Positions 15,615-26,570 of a stretch of DNA of 64,000 nucleotides are shown one piece after another. Numbering within the stretch: the stretch's first letter is position 1; the number at the start of each line of letters is the position of its first letter. The stretch comes from an uncultured Candidatus Binatia bacterium. Lineage in GTDB: Bacteria; Desulfobacterota; Binatia; UBA9968; JAJDTQ01. The notes under the pieces were generated by a model, which saw only the letters and a list, made by a program, of their open reading frames with translations, searched no databases and was not told the origin of the DNA. A program made the translations under genes and the position numbers. The DNA is taken from assembly GCA_965215605.1 (NCBI GenBank), contig OZ244070.1:1632001-1696000 (forward strand), given 5' to 3'.

Positions 15615-17123
15615 TTACGCTTCAAACTGTTGGTTGAATTCCTTCAGCACCGTCTCCACCTGCCCCTTGATGTCATCGTCGATCTGGCGCTTCTCCGCGA
15701 TGGCCGGGAACAGGTCCGGGTGTTTCGCTTCCGCGAACTCGAACAGCTCGTTCTGGTATCGTTGCAGGTCCTCGGGGGCGACCTGGTCGACGAAGCCGTT
15801 GGTGCCGGCGTAGATGATGAACACCTGCTTCTCCACCGGCATGGGCTGATACTGCCCCTGCTTGAGGATCTCCACCAGCCGGCTGCCGCGGGCGATCTGC
15901 CGCTGGGTGGCCACGTCGAGGTCCGACCCGAACTGGGCGAAGGCCGCCATCTCGCGGTACTGGGCAAGGTCCAGCCGAAGCCCGCCGGCCACCTGCTTCA
16001 TGGCCCGGATCTGCGCATTGCCGCCGACACGGGACACCGACAGGCCGACGTTGATGGCCGGACGGACGCCCGAGTAGAAGAGGTCCGTCTCCAGATAGAT
16101 CTGGCCGTCGGTGATGGAGATGACGTTGGTGGGGACGTAGGCGGAGACGTCGCCCGCCTGGGTTTCGATGATCGGCAACGCCGTCAGCGAGCCGCCGCCG
16201 TTGTCGTCGCTCATCTTGGCCGCGCGCTCCAGCAGCCGTGAATGCAGGTAGAAGACGTCGCCCGGAAAGGCTTCGCGGCCCGGCGGGCGCCGCAGCAGCA
16301 GCGAGAGCTGGCGGTAGGCCACCGCGTGCTTCGAGAGGTCGTCGTAGATGACCAGCGCGTGGCCGCCGTTGTCCCGGATGTGCTCGCCCATGGTGCAGCC
16401 GCTGTAGGGAGCGATGTACTGGAGCGGAGCCGACTCCGAGGCGGTGGCCGCCACCACGATGGTGTACTCCATGGCGCCGTACTGCCTGAGCTGGTCCACC
16501 ACCTGGGCCACGGTGGAGCGCTTCTGGCCCACCGCCACGTAGATGCAGGTGACGTCGCCGCCCTTCTGGTTGATGATGGTGTCCAGGCAGACCGCGGTCT
16601 TGCCGGTCTGGCGGTCGCCGATGATGAGCTCCCGCTGGCCCCTCCCGATGGGGATCATGGAGTCGATGGCCTTGAGCCCGGTCTGGAGCGGCTGCGTCAC
16701 CGGCTGCCGCGCGACGATGCCCGGAGCCTTGAGCTCGATGCGGCGCCGTTCCGTGGTCTCGATGGGGCCCCGGCCGTCGAGGGGCTCTCCGAGCGGCGAA
16801 ACCACCCGGCCCTTGAGCGCGTCGCCGACGGGGACCTCGACGATGCGGCCGGTGCGGTTGACCCGGTCGCCCTCCTTGATGAGGTGCGACTCGCCGAACA
16901 GCGCCGCGCCGACGTTGTCCTCCTCCAGGTTCAGCGCCATGCCGAAGACGTTGTTGGGAAACTCCAGGAGTTCTCCGGCCGCGGCGTTGTCCAAGCCGAA
17001 GATGCGGGCGATGCCGTCGCCGGTGGACAAGACGGTGCCGACCTCCTCGACCTTGACGCCCTTGTCGTAGTCTTCGATCTGCTTCTTGATGATGCTGGTA
17101 ATTTCGGCGGTGCCGATTTCCAT
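15615..17123 (-). CDS. atpA: ATP synthase F1 alpha subunit
   Basis: [32 protein letters not shown]. Confidence 0.98.
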   Translation of the reverse strand: MEIGTAEITSIIKKQIEDYDKGVKVEEVGTVLSTGDGIARIFGLDNAAAGELLEFPNNVFGMALNLEEDNVGAALFGESHLIKEGDRVNRTGRIVEVPVGDALKGRVVSPLGEPLDGRGPIETTERRRIELKAPGIVARQPVTQPLQTGLKAIDSMIPIGRGQRELIIGDRQTGKTAVCLDTIINQKGGDVTCIYVAVGQKRSTVAQVVDQLRQYGAMEYTIVVAATASESAPLQYIAPYSGCTMGEHIRDNGGHALVIYDDLSKHAVAYRQLSLLLRRPPGREAFPGDVFYLHSRLLERAAKMSDDNGGGSLTALPIIETQAGDVSAYVPTNVISITDGQIYLETDLFYSGVRPAINVGLSVSRVGGNAQIRAMKQVAGGLRLDLAQYREMAAFAQFGSDLDVATQRQIARGSRLVEILKQGQYQPMPVEKQVFIIYAGTNGFVDQVAPEDLQRYQNELFEFAEAKHPDLFPAIAEKRQIDDDIKGQVETVLKEFNQQFEA

Positions 17124-17160
17124 GGCTCGCTCCTGAACTGGTGTACTGTCTCCGCGATAC

Positions 17161-17185
17161 GGGCGGGCTGGAAACCCGCCCCTCC
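17161..17185. repeat. REP-like hairpin family B (GTAG-type-like)
   Basis: gggcgggctggaaacccgccc hairpin between atpH and atpA; similar to 23696-23716. Confidence 0.55.
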
Positions 17186-17247
17186 ATGCGTGCTCTCTCC
17201 GTCACGCGCGCTCGCTCGCTCGAACCCCGACCTCGCGGGTCCCCGCG

Positions 17248-17784
17248 CTAGTAGGTCCGTTCGATGTTCTTCCTGAGACTCGATAGCTGCGTCCGCACGC
17301 TCCCGTCGTAGACCTTGCCGCCCACCTCTACGATGATGCCGCCGATGATTCCCGAGTCCACTTCTTCCGTGAGAAGGGCGGTCTTGCCGGTCATTTCGCC
17401 GACCACCGCCGCCAGACTGATTCGCTGATCTTCGCCGAGGGCCTGCGGCACGACGACCGTGGCGTTCACCCGGCCCGCCGAATCGTCCAGCAACCTGTGG
17501 TAGTGGCGCGCGATGGAGGGCAGCCCGTCCAGGCGGTCCCGTGTGACCAACAGCGAAAGGAAGTTGGTGGTCAGGTCCGAGAGGCCCAAGCGTCCGGCCA
17601 ACTCCACCACGATATTCTTGCGGCGGTCCTGGTCGAAAGCAGGGTTGCCCAATACCTTCTTGAGGTCGGGGTCCCCGTACACGTCGAGAAACCCGTCGAG
17701 CTCGGCCCCGACGGCCTCCTCCCGGCCGGCGGCGAGCTCGAAAACGGCTCTTGCGTAACGGCGGCTCAGTTTTCCTTCGATCAT
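17248..17784 (-). CDS. atpH: ATP synthase F1 delta subunit
   Basis: SRRYARAVFE, IIGGIIVEVGGKVYDGSVRTQL. Confidence 0.95.
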   Translation of the reverse strand: MIEGKLSRRYARAVFELAAGREEAVGAELDGFLDVYGDPDLKKVLGNPAFDQDRRKNIVVELAGRLGLSDLTTNFLSLLVTRDRLDGLPSIARHYHRLLDDSAGRVNATVVVPQALGEDQRISLAAVVGEMTGKTALLTEEVDSGIIGGIIVEVGGKVYDGSVRTQLSSLRKNIERTY

Positions 17785-17854
17785 CGGTTATGAACCCGGT
17801 TTTCCTGGCCTGATCGGCACGGCTTCGCGTTCCCAACAGGGACCCGCACCGGCG

Positions 17855-18397
17855 TCAGAGTTCCTGTATCTGCCCCGAGAAACTCTCCACCATGCGCGCC
17901 TGGTCGGCCGCCGCCATGTGCTGCCGGATCACCCGTTCCGCGGCGGCCTCCGCCAGCAGCGCCATCTCTCCGCGAATCTGCTGCCGCGCCATTTTGACCT
18001 CCTGTTCGGCCAGGAAATCAGCGTCGGCCTTGAGCTTCGCGGCCGACTCTTCCGCGGCGGCGACGATCCGTTCCCGTTCACGCTCGCCCTCGGCCCTCAA
18101 CTCCATCCGGATCCGTTCGCATTCATCGTCGAGGACTTCCAGCAATTCCCGATACTTGCGGACGTAACCCTCAGCGTCGCCCTTGGCCTGCTGTGCCGTC
18201 GCCACGGATTCGACGAGTCCCTGGCGACGCTGCTCAAGGTGCTGCTTTATCAGCGGAAGGCCATAGCGCTTGACCAGGAAGGCAAAGATCAGGAAGTTGA
18301 CCAAGGGAAAGATCAACTCCGTGATGGAGGGGACGTGGCCCTCGCCAGCGGTTGCGGCCCATGCCGCAGGGACCAGCATGTCGGTCAAAAAGGTCAT
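17855..18397 (-). CDS. atpF: ATP synthase F0 subunit b
   Basis: N-terminal TM (VNFLIFAFLV) followed by a coiled coil; operon position. Confidence 0.85.
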   Translation of the reverse strand: MTFLTDMLVPAAWAATAGEGHVPSITELIFPLVNFLIFAFLVKRYGLPLIKQHLEQRRQGLVESVATAQQAKGDAEGYVRKYRELLEVLDDECERIRMELRAEGERERERIVAAAEESAAKLKADADFLAEQEVKMARQQIRGEMALLAEAAAERVIRQHMAAADQARMVESFSGQIQEL

Positions 18398-18822
18398 GAC
18401 AGCTTCCGGCCCAGGACCTTCTCCGCCATTTCCTCCGCCAGCGCATCGGCGTTGGCCGAGGCGACGCGGCGCGCCGCGTCCAGTTCCTTCTGGACCTCTT
18501 CGCGAATCTCCTGGATCTTCTGGGCGGCGGCGTCACGCCCTTGGGAGAGAATAGCGTTGCGGGCTCTGAACGCCTCCTCCCGGATCTCGCCCTTGATGGC
18601 TTCTCCCTCGGCCCTCGCCTTGGCGATGGCGGCGTCGTACCGCTCCTGCAGCTCTTTCCCCTCCTCGACCAAGGAGCGGGCTTCCGCGTGGGCGCCGTCG
18701 GTCCTGCGCTCCCGTTCCGCCATCAAACGTCCCACGGGCCCGAACAGCACCCGGCGGAGAATGCTCCAGAGGATCAGGAACAGGACAACTTGGGCCACCA
18801 AGGAATAGTCTATGCTGATCAT
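18394..18822 (-). CDS. ATP synthase F0 subunit b'
   Basis: QVVLFLILWSILRRVLFGPV TM followed by a coiled coil; tandem b'/b pair as in Deltaproteobacteria. Confidence 0.85.
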   Translation of the reverse strand: MISIDYSLVAQVVLFLILWSILRRVLFGPVGRLMAERERRTDGAHAEARSLVEEGKELQERYDAAIAKARAEGEAIKGEIREEAFRARNAILSQGRDAAAQKIQEIREEVQKELDAARRVASANADALAEEMAEKVLGRKLS

Positions 18823-19106
18823 GCTTCGCGTTCGGTGTTGATGACGCCGGACTCGGACGGAGCCCCGGTCATCGAAGATTCGGAGATGGGGTGAACCGAG
18901 ATGTCGTCAGTTGGCTTCTATAAGTTTTTCCTTCCCGGTTTGGCCGGTTACGTCTCGCCGTGATCGCGCTTCGACGTCCCGACAAAGGAAAACTTTTGAA
19001 AATCTGCCCGGTTACACGGATTCGCGACCCTGTACGGCCACGCCTGAAGGGGCTCTGCTTGCAGTCCGAGGATAGGCAACCTCTTTCAACTGCAACCACG
19101 GACAGG

Positions 19107-19135
19107 TCTATAGCACTCACATCTGTGCTTGTCAA
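19107..19135 (-). promoter_or_regulatory. Putative sigma70 promoter of the atp genes
   Basis: Minus strand TTGACA-N17-TATAGA with TG upstream of the -10. Confidence 0.6.
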
Positions 19136-19155
19136 AGAGACAACCACCTTGTGGT

Positions 19156-20046
19156 TTACCGAGGGACACCCTGCGAGCCGCCGCTACCCTGTCCCATCAT
19201 CATGCTCGTAATCCGGTCCAGGTCGTCCTGCGAATAGTACTCGATTTCCAGCTTCCCCTTGTCGCCGCCGGCCCGCTGCGTGAGGCGGACCCGGGTGCCC
19301 AGGCGGCGCTGCAGTGTTTCGATAAGGTGGGCCAGATCGGGGTCCGGACGGCGGTCGCTGCTGGTCCGCCTGGGGGTGTTCAGCCGTTTCACGAGGGCCT
19401 CGGTGTCGCGGGTGGACAGCTCCCTGGCCATCACCTCGCGCGCGGCGGCCGCCATCATCGACCGGTCCTTCAGTCCGAGCAGCGCCCGGGCCTGCCCGGC
19501 AGCCAACTCGCCGCGGGAGACATGCTCCTTGATCGGGTCGGGCAGGGACAGGAGCCTCAGCGAGTTGGCCACCGCGGACCGGCTCCTGCCGACCCTTTCC
19601 GCCACCTGTTCCTGGGTCAGGTTGAACTGCTCCTGCAACTCGGCGAAGGCCGCCGCTTCCTCGACGGGATTCAGATCCTCACGCTGGAGGTTCTCGATCA
19701 GGGCCAGCAGCAGCGAGCTCGGATCTGCTGTTTCATGAATGATAATCGGCACTTCCGAAAGCCCCAGCCTTTGCGCGGCACGCAAGCGACGCTCGCCCGC
19801 GATGAGTTCGTAGCCGCCGGCCGTGGCCCGGACCACTAGCGGCTGCAGCATGCCGCTCGCCTCGATGGAACTCGCCAGCTCGTCTATCTTCGCGTCGTCG
19901 AAGATCCGCCGCGGCTGGTTCGGATTCGGGACGATCAACGATGGGGCGACCGCCGTCGGGGAAGCCTCCGGGTCGGTATCCTGGACGACCGGCTCCTTGC
20001 CCGGCAGGAGGGCATCGAGACCGCGTCCCAGTCTATTCTTCTGCAT
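19156..20046 (-). CDS. parB: Chromosome partitioning protein ParB
   Basis: [43 protein letters not shown]. Confidence 0.97.
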   Translation of the reverse strand: MQKNRLGRGLDALLPGKEPVVQDTDPEASPTAVAPSLIVPNPNQPRRIFDDAKIDELASSIEASGMLQPLVVRATAGGYELIAGERRLRAAQRLGLSEVPIIIHETADPSSLLLALIENLQREDLNPVEEAAAFAELQEQFNLTQEQVAERVGRSRSAVANSLRLLSLPDPIKEHVSRGELAAGQARALLGLKDRSMMAAAAREVMARELSTRDTEALVKRLNTPRRTSSDRRPDPDLAHLIETLQRRLGTRVRLTQRAGGDKGKLEIEYYSQDDLDRITSMMMGQGSGGSQGVPR

Positions 20047-20815
20047 GACTCCGCTCCTTTTGGCCCATCAATTCAGCGGCGAGGCTCAGGTAGCTCTGTG
20101 CCCCGGTCGAGCGGGCATCGTAGAGCAGTGCCGGCCTGCCATGGCTGGGACTCTCGCTAAGACGAACATTTCGCGGGATAACCGTGCGGAAGACACCGTC
20201 GGGGAAATGGTTGCGGACATCCTCCGCGACCTGGGCCGAGAGGTTGCTCCGGCCGTCGTACATGCAAAGAAGCACGCCCTCGAACTCCAGATGCTGGTTG
20301 TAGGATGCCTGGACTCGGTTCATGGTGTCGAGGACCGCGCTCAAGCCCTCAAGGGCGTAATACTCGCACTGCAGGGGGACCAGCAGCGAATCCGCCGCCG
20401 CCAGCGCATTGAGCGTGAGCAGGCCCAGGGACGGTGGACAATCCAGCAGAATGTAGTCGAAACGGTACTTGACGCTTTCCAGGGCTTGCCTCAACCGTCC
20501 AATGCGGTTCTCCATGTCAATCAACTGGAGTTCCGCGCTCACCAGGTCCCGGTTGGCGGGCAACAGGGACAGCGAAGGCATTTCCGTAGCGCAGAGCGCC
20601 TCGGTGACGAAGCAATTCTCAAGCATCACGTCGTAGACGCTCTTGTTGAGAGACCGGGGATCGACCCCGAAGCCCGTGGTGCTGTTTCCCTGCGGGTCCA
20701 GATCCACGAGCAGCGTCCTCTTCGTGGCGACAGCCAGGGATGCGCCGAGGTTCACCGCCGTGGTGGTCTTTCCGACGCCGCCCTTCTGATTGGCTATGGC
20801 GATTATCTTTCCCAA
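20033..20815 (-). CDS. parA: Chromosome partitioning ATPase ParA/Soj
   Basis: [30 protein letters not shown]. Confidence 0.97.
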   Translation of the reverse strand: MGKIIAIANQKGGVGKTTTAVNLGASLAVATKRTLLVDLDPQGNSTTGFGVDPRSLNKSVYDVMLENCFVTEALCATEMPSLSLLPANRDLVSAELQLIDMENRIGRLRQALESVKYRFDYILLDCPPSLGLLTLNALAAADSLLVPLQCEYYALEGLSAVLDTMNRVQASYNQHLEFEGVLLCMYDGRSNLSAQVAEDVRNHFPDGVFRTVIPRNVRLSESPSHGRPALLYDARSTGAQSYLSLAAELMGQKERSHAEE

Positions 20816-20894
20816 AACTCGTTATATTTCAGTATGTTATTAACTTGACAGCATTCTGATTTGTAACACGCCAGGGCTCGAAAAGGAAGCGCGG

Positions 20895-20910
20895 TGTTTC
20901 ACGTGAAACA
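20895..20910. promoter_or_regulatory. parS centromere site
   Basis: Perfect TGTTTCACGTGAAACA between rsmG and parA. Confidence 0.95.
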
Positions 20911-20945
20911 TCGACACGGCGCCGAATCAGGCGTAATCACTTCTC

Positions 20946-21629
20946 TCAACATTGCTCCGACGTGGAGGACTTTTGGAACGTGAGCACTGTCCGGCGCTCA
21001 CCACCGAAGGGCAACTCGAAACGGATGCTTCTCTCCGCCGAGAGGCCACAGTCGGGCAGGTGTGATCGGACCTCATCCAGGACCGCGTTCCCCTTGGGCC
21101 CTTGCATGAGAACGGCTATGCCTCCGGGGACAAGGAGGTCTCCGCTGACCCTGAGGAACCCGCGAAGGTCCGAGAATCCACGGGTAATGGTTTCCGTCAT
21201 TTCCGGCAGTTTCCGATCGCGCAGGTTCTCGATGCGGTTCTCGATCACGTGGACGCCCGTCAGCTTCAGTTCACGCGCGACTTGCCTCAGGAAGTTCGCC
21301 CGCTTCCGGCGCGGCTCCAGAAGATACACGGGTTTGTCCGGAAGCGCGAGCTTGATGGGAATGCCAGGGAAACCCGCCCCGCTGCCGACGTCCAACAGGT
21401 TGCCGGCAGGACTCAACAACCGGACGACGGAAAGGGAGTCTATGAAGTGGAGCCGTACTACGCTCTCTTCTTCACGGATGGCAGTGAGGTTGAGCCGCGC
21501 GCTCCAGAACGAAAGCAGGGAAAGGTAGCAAGCGAACGCCCCGGTTTGAAGCGGTGACAGTTCGACATCAAAAGACCTTGCGCCCGAGATCAGTAGTCGC
21601 TCGTTGTTTGCTGGGTCTGTGACGGGCAC
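20946..21629 (-). CDS. rsmG: 16S rRNA m7G527 methyltransferase
   Basis: NLTAI, HFIDSL, LDVGSGAGFPGIP; follows mnmG. Confidence 0.93.
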   Translation of the reverse strand: MPVTDPANNERLLISGARSFDVELSPLQTGAFACYLSLLSFWSARLNLTAIREEESVVRLHFIDSLSVVRLLSPAGNLLDVGSGAGFPGIPIKLALPDKPVYLLEPRRKRANFLRQVARELKLTGVHVIENRIENLRDRKLPEMTETITRGFSDLRGFLRVSGDLLVPGGIAVLMQGPKGNAVLDEVRSHLPDCGLSAERSIRFELPFGGERRTVLTFQKSSTSEQC

Positions 21630-21653
21630 GAGTCCTGGGCCAGCCTCTCGCCG

Positions 21654-23552
21654 TCAGCCGGCCTTCTGCTTGTACAGGTAGAGCGAGAGCACGGAGATGG
21701 CCGCAGGCGTCACGCCGGAGATCCGGTAGGCCTGTCCCAGGGAACGGGGGCGAACGTGAGACAGCTTTTCCTTGATCTCGCGGGAGAGTCCGTTGACTTG
21801 CCCGTAGTCCAGGTCATCCGGAAGGGTGACGTTTTCCATCTTCTGGAACCGCTTGAGACCCTGAGCCTGCCGATCCACGTAACCGCTGTACTTTATTGAT
21901 ACTTCCACCTGAAGCGCCACATCCGAGGGCACCCCTTCGAGCTCAGGACCGAAGGACGTCAGGTCCGCGAAGGTAATCTCCGGACGGCGAAGCAGTTGCG
22001 CCAAGGTCGTGATGTTTCGGATGGGCGCCGTTTCGAGCGCTTGGAGCTGGGCCTGGACCGGCCGGGACGGATGGATACGGGCGGTCTCGAGTCGATGCGT
22101 CAATTCGGTGATCTGTTCCTGTTTCCGTGCGGTTCGCCCATGGGACTCCGGAGTGGCGAGCCCGATACGGTGGCCCAGCTCGGTAAGGCGCAGGTCGGCG
22201 TTGTCCTCACGCAGCAGCAACCGGTACTCGGCGCGGGAAGTGAACATCCGGTAGGGCTCGCCGTCGGTACCCTTGGTGACCAGGTCGTCGATGAGCACGC
22301 CGATGTAGGCTTGGTCACGGGAAAGAATCAACGGCTCCTGGCCCCGGAGGCTGAGACAGGCGTTGACGGCCGCCATCAAGCCTTGGCTGGCTGCCTCCTC
22401 GTATCCAGTGGTCCCGTTGATCTGCCCCGCAAGGTAGAGACCCCTGATAGCCTTGGTCTCCAGGGACGGTTTCAGTTGGGTGGGCTCCACGTAGTCGTAC
22501 TCGATGGCATAGCCCGGCCGCATGATCTCGGCCTCCTCCAGACCTTCGATGCTGTGGACCATGTCCACCTGCACGTCGAGCGGAAGGCTCGTGGAGATGC
22601 CGTTGGGGTAGACCTCCACCGTGTCGTAACCCTCGGGCTCGAGAAAGATCTGGTGCCTCTCTTTTTCGGCGAAACGCACCACCTTGTCTTCGATGGAGGG
22701 GCAGTAACGGGGTCCGCGACTCTTGATGACCCCGGAATACATGGGCGAGCGGTGGATGGCCGCCCGGATGATGTCGTGAGTGTTGGGGTTCGTGTACGTG
22801 ATGTGACAGGGAATCTGCGGCTGCTCGATCCTCTCCGTTCCGAAGGAGAACGGCGCCGGCGTCTCATCGCCGTACTGGACGGAAAGTCTCGAATAATCAA
22901 TGGTATGGGCGTTCAACCGCGGACACGTCCCGGTCTTCAGCCGTCCCAGCCGCAGGCCCAGCGCACTCAACGACCCGCTCAGGCCCTGGGCGGCGAAGTC
23001 CCCGGCGCGGCCGGCCGAGTAATTGCGGTCGCCTACGTGGATCAAACCCTGAAGGAAGGTCCCGGTGGTCAAGATGGTCCTTCTTGCTTCGAAGACCTCG
23101 CCCATCTGCGATTCGACGCCCGTGACGTGGCCATCCCGGCACAAGAGTGTCTCGACACTGGCCTGTTTGAGAGTCAGATTCTCGCAGTTCTCCACCACGC
23201 GCTTCATGCGCTGGCGGTAAAGAGCCTTGTCGGCCTGCGCCCGCGAGGCCCTGACGGCCGGCCCCTTCTTGGTATTCAGCATGCGAATCTGGATGCCGGT
23301 TTCGTCAATGGCCCGGGCCATTTCACCCCCGAGGGCATCGATCTCCTTGACGAGGTGACCTTTACCGATGCCGCCGATGGCGGGATTGCACGACATCTGC
23401 CCGATATGGTCGAGGTTGAGAGTCAACATCAAAGTGTCGAAGCCCATGCGAGCGGCCGCCAGAGAAGCTTCGATGCCCGCATGTCCGGCGCCGACCACAA
23501 TGACGTCGTAAACCTTGCCCTTTGCCTTATCCGATTGTTTCACGTGAAACAT
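21654..23552 (-). CDS. mnmG: tRNA uridine-5-carboxymethylaminomethyl modification enzyme MnmG/GidA
   Basis: [42 protein letters not shown]. Confidence 0.98.
   Translation of the reverse strand: MFHVKQSDKAKGKVYDVIVVGAGHAGIEASLAAARMGFDTLMLTLNLDHIGQMSCNPAIGGIGKGHLVKEIDALGGEMARAIDETGIQIRMLNTKKGPAVRASRAQADKALYRQRMKRVVENCENLTLKQASVETLLCRDGHVTGVESQMGEVFEARRTILTTGTFLQGLIHVGDRNYSAGRAGDFAAQGLSGSLSALGLRLGRLKTGTCPRLNAHTIDYSRLSVQYGDETPAPFSFGTERIEQPQIPCHITYTNPNTHDIIRAAIHRSPMYSGVIKSRGPRYCPSIEDKVVRFAEKERHQIFLEPEGYDTVEVYPNGISTSLPLDVQVDMVHSIEGLEEAEIMRPGYAIEYDYVEPTQLKPSLETKAIRGLYLAGQINGTTGYEEAASQGLMAAVNACLSLRGQEPLILSRDQAYIGVLIDDLVTKGTDGEPYRMFTSRAEYRLLLREDNADLRLTELGHRIGLATPESHGRTARKQEQITELTHRLETARIHPSRPVQAQLQALETAPIRNITTLAQLLRRPEITFADLTSFGPELEGVPSDVALQVEVSIKYSGYVDRQAQGLKRFQKMENVTLPDDLDYGQVNGLSREIKEKLSHVRPRSLGQAYRISGVTPAAISVLSLYLYKQKAG
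23536..23551. promoter_or_regulatory. parS centromere site overlapping the mnmG start
   Basis: Perfect TGTTTCACGTGAAACA; reads ATG TTT CAC GTG AAA CAA (MFHVKQ) in the mnmG frame. Confidence 0.95.
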
Positions 23553-23695
23553 CCTTCGCGGACTTCCCGATCATCACTCCAATACTGCCAAACGATTGTG
23601 CCAAATTTCCTGACGAACTTCCACGCGACGTAGCACAAAGACTGTCCCCGGGCGCCTGGTTGACTCCATACCGGACCAACGCGCCGCCCGGGCGC

Positions 23696-23716
23696 GGGCG
23701 GGTTTGAAGCCCACCC
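23696..23716. repeat. REP-like hairpin family B
   Basis: gggcgggtttgaagcccaccc between mnmE and mnmG. Confidence 0.5.
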
Positions 23717-23749
23717 GGGCACCTTTGTCTTCTACAGAACAGCCGCGTT

Positions 23750-25117
23750 CTACTTGCCGATGCAAAACTGCGAGAAGATACGGTCGAGAACGTCGTCATT
23801 GGTGACGGTGCCAATGATCTCTTCGAGACTGTCACGAGCCTCCTGCAAATCCACCGCGACAATATCGGGCGGCAACCCGTCGTCCATCGCTCGATGGACC
23901 TCCACCAGGCTGTCCCGTGCACGGTCCAGCGCTGCCTTGTGTCGAACATTGGTTATGACGATTTCAGGCTCTTCCGCGGAATCCAGAAAACAATCATGCA
24001 AGGCGGTCCGCAACTCATCGAGCCCCTGGTTGGTAAGCGCCGACACCTCCATCTGCCGCAGACGTGGTAACAACCCCGACACCGCCGCCCGGTCGATCCT
24101 CTGCTGCAGGTCGATCTTGTTGATGACGACAAGGCCCGGACTCTCGCGCAACCTCTCCATTACCTTCCTGTCTTCGCCGGTAAGCGGCGACGATCCGTCC
24201 AGCACCAGCAGACATCCCTGGCTCTCCGCAAGCCTTCGGAGGGTCACATCAATGCCGATCTGCTCGACACCTTCGGTGTTCTCCCTGAGACCCGCGGTGT
24301 CCCACAGGACCACCGGAAGCCCCTTGAGATTCACCGTCTCCTCGATGAAATCCCGAGTCGTTCCGGGGGTGTCGGTGACAATGGCCCGATCTACCCCAAG
24401 CAGCGCATTCATCAGACTCGACTTGCCGACATTCGGCCGTCCGACGATGCACACCCGGACGCCTTCGCGAATCAGTCGACCCCACTCGTAGCTGTCGATG
24501 AGAGCCGACATCCTGTCCACGACTCCGGTCACCTTCCGGACCAGCTCCGCGCGCTGGAGCAACTCGATCTCTTCCTCCGGGAAGTCGATGGCAGCCTCCA
24601 CTTGCACCAACGTGTCCACCAGTCGTTCCCTGAGGTCCTGGACCTCCTGCGAAAGGCCACCCTCCATCTGATCCAAGGCGACATCCGCGGCCTTGTCCGT
24701 GCGTGAGCGGATGAGGTCCAAGACCGCCTCGGCCTGGGTTAAATCCAAACGTCCGTTCAAAAATGCCCTTTTGGTAAATTCTCCTGGTTCCGCATGCCGT
24801 GCCCCTTGCGCCAGCACCAAACCCAGCACCTGGCGGACCACATGGGGGCCCCCATGGCAATGGATCTCGACGGTGTCTTCACCCGTGTAGCTCTTCGGCT
24901 GCTGAAGGAATACAAACATGACCTCGTCCACGACAGACCCGCGAGCCGGATCACGCACCCTCCCGTAATACAATCGGTGCGACTCCCAGCCATCATCCTT
25001 GCGTCCGAGGATCCCGCTGCCGATGCGTCGTGCATCCGGGCCGCTCAGGCGTACCACGGCCACGCCTCCCTCGCCGGGAGGCGTGGCCACCGCCGCTATG
25101 GTATCTGACTGGTACAT
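23750..25117 (-). CDS. mnmE: tRNA modification GTPase MnmE/TrmE
   Basis: DTIAAVATPPG, GRPNVGKSS, GTTRD, DTAG, NKID, terminal FCIGK. Confidence 0.98.
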   Translation of the reverse strand: MYQSDTIAAVATPPGEGGVAVVRLSGPDARRIGSGILGRKDDGWESHRLYYGRVRDPARGSVVDEVMFVFLQQPKSYTGEDTVEIHCHGGPHVVRQVLGLVLAQGARHAEPGEFTKRAFLNGRLDLTQAEAVLDLIRSRTDKAADVALDQMEGGLSQEVQDLRERLVDTLVQVEAAIDFPEEEIELLQRAELVRKVTGVVDRMSALIDSYEWGRLIREGVRVCIVGRPNVGKSSLMNALLGVDRAIVTDTPGTTRDFIEETVNLKGLPVVLWDTAGLRENTEGVEQIGIDVTLRRLAESQGCLLVLDGSSPLTGEDRKVMERLRESPGLVVINKIDLQQRIDRAAVSGLLPRLRQMEVSALTNQGLDELRTALHDCFLDSAEEPEIVITNVRHKAALDRARDSLVEVHRAMDDGLPPDIVAVDLQEARDSLEEIIGTVTNDDVLDRIFSQFCIGK

Positions 25118-25284
25118 GATCGGTTCTTCAGTTTCTCCATGCCCGCAACATTATACCCCATCCGTCGCCGACCTGCGTGCCGATGGAGCGTTGGGCCACC
25201 GCCCGTCCAGAACGCCGTCCCACCACCCCCGCCCGTTATTCGCCTCTCCTGAAAAACTGTGTTAGATACCATCGTTGGAACGTC

Positions 25285-26343
25285 ATGATCCAAACTACCG
25301 ACGACCTCAGAATCGAGAATCTCCGTCCCTTGGTCCCTCCGATGATTGTCGTGGACGAAGAACTGCCGATTACCGAACAGGCCACGTCGACGGTGACTGC
25401 CGCCCGTCGCGCCATAACCGATATCATCAACGGCCGGGACCAACGACTCCTGGTCATCGCCGGCCCGTGCTCCATTCACGACCCGAAAGCCGCGCTTGAG
25501 TACGCCGGCCGGTTGAAGCGGGAGTCCGACCGCCTCGCCGACGACCTGCTCGTCATCATGCGTGTCTACTTCGAGAAACCCCGCACGACCGTGGGGTGGA
25601 AGGGCCTCATCAACGACCCGGACCTCGACGGCAGCTTCAACATCCACCAGGGGCTGCGGATCGCCCGGGGCCTGCTGCTCGATCTGGCGAACATGGGACT
25701 GGCGACGGGTTCGGAGTTCCTCGACACCATCACGCCGCAATTCACCGCCGACCTGATATCATGGGGCGCCATCGGCGCGCGCACGGCGGAAAGCCAAGTG
25801 CACCGCGAACTCGCTTCCGGGTTGTCCATGCCGGTGGGCTTCAAGAACGGCACCGGCGGTTCCATACAGATCGCCATCGATGGAGTGCGCGCCGCGTGCC
25901 ACCCGCACCACTTCCTCGGGGTTACCAGCCAGGGAATCGCCGCCATCATCTCCACGTCGGGGAACGAGAGCTGCCACGTCATCCTGCGAGGCTCCAACAA
26001 CGGCGCCAACTTCGACCAGGGCGTGGTTGACGACACCGCCCAAAAGCTGCGCGACGCCGAACTTCCACACCGCGTGCTCATCGACTGCAGCCACGGCAAC
26101 AGCCAAAAGGACTACCTGCGGCAGCCCCAGGTCTGCGCCGATGTATGCGAGCAGGTTGCCGCCGGTTCCGACAGCATCTGCGGCGTCATGATGGAGAGCC
26201 ACCTCGTGGCCGGCCGCCAGGACATCAAGCCCGACACCCCGCTCACCTACGGCCAGAGCGTCACCGACGCCTGCATCGACTGGGAAACCACCGTGCCGAT
26301 GCTCGAGGACCTGGCCCGGGCCGCGGCCATGCGGCGGTCCTGA
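25285..26343 (+). CDS. 3-deoxy-7-phosphoheptulonate (DAHP) synthase, class I alpha
   Basis: GPCSIHD, RVYFEKPRTTVGWKGLINDP, AIGART, DCSHGNS; start moved to ATG at 25285; aroF/G/H isoform not assignable. Confidence 0.95.
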   Translation: MIQTTDDLRIENLRPLVPPMIVVDEELPITEQATSTVTAARRAITDIINGRDQRLLVIAGPCSIHDPKAALEYAGRLKRESDRLADDLLVIMRVYFEKPRTTVGWKGLINDPDLDGSFNIHQGLRIARGLLLDLANMGLATGSEFLDTITPQFTADLISWGAIGARTAESQVHRELASGLSMPVGFKNGTGGSIQIAIDGVRAACHPHHFLGVTSQGIAAIISTSGNESCHVILRGSNNGANFDQGVVDDTAQKLRDAELPHRVLIDCSHGNSQKDYLRQPQVCADVCEQVAAGSDSICGVMMESHLVAGRQDIKPDTPLTYGQSVTDACIDWETTVPMLEDLARAAAMRRS

Positions 26344-26368
26344 ACGGTCCGACCCGGGCGTTGCGCCC

Positions 26369-26570
26369 TAGTGTCCTGTCCCACGTAGTTCTTTACCAAT
26401 CTGCCGGTCTGTCTTGTGGCCGGCTCATTGCTCCTGCCCGCGCGTTTCCGGACGACGCCTCGAACACCGCGACGGCCCGGGTCCGAACGTCCGAGGTGCC
26501 GACGCGACCTGCCGGCGCAGGGAGTTCCTGGGCGCCGACCTGCCGCAAAATTACGTGGGACAGGACACTA
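26369..26570. mobile_element. MITE-like non-autonomous element (202 bp)
   Basis: Terminal inverted repeats TAGTGTCCTGTCCCACGTA(G/A)TT (19 bp perfect, 21 of 22), TA at both ends, no transposase inside. Confidence 0.8.

Noticed and set aside
23585-23605. TTGGCAC upstream of mnmG as a sigma54 promoter
   Set aside because: No GC at the required GG-N10-GC spacing.
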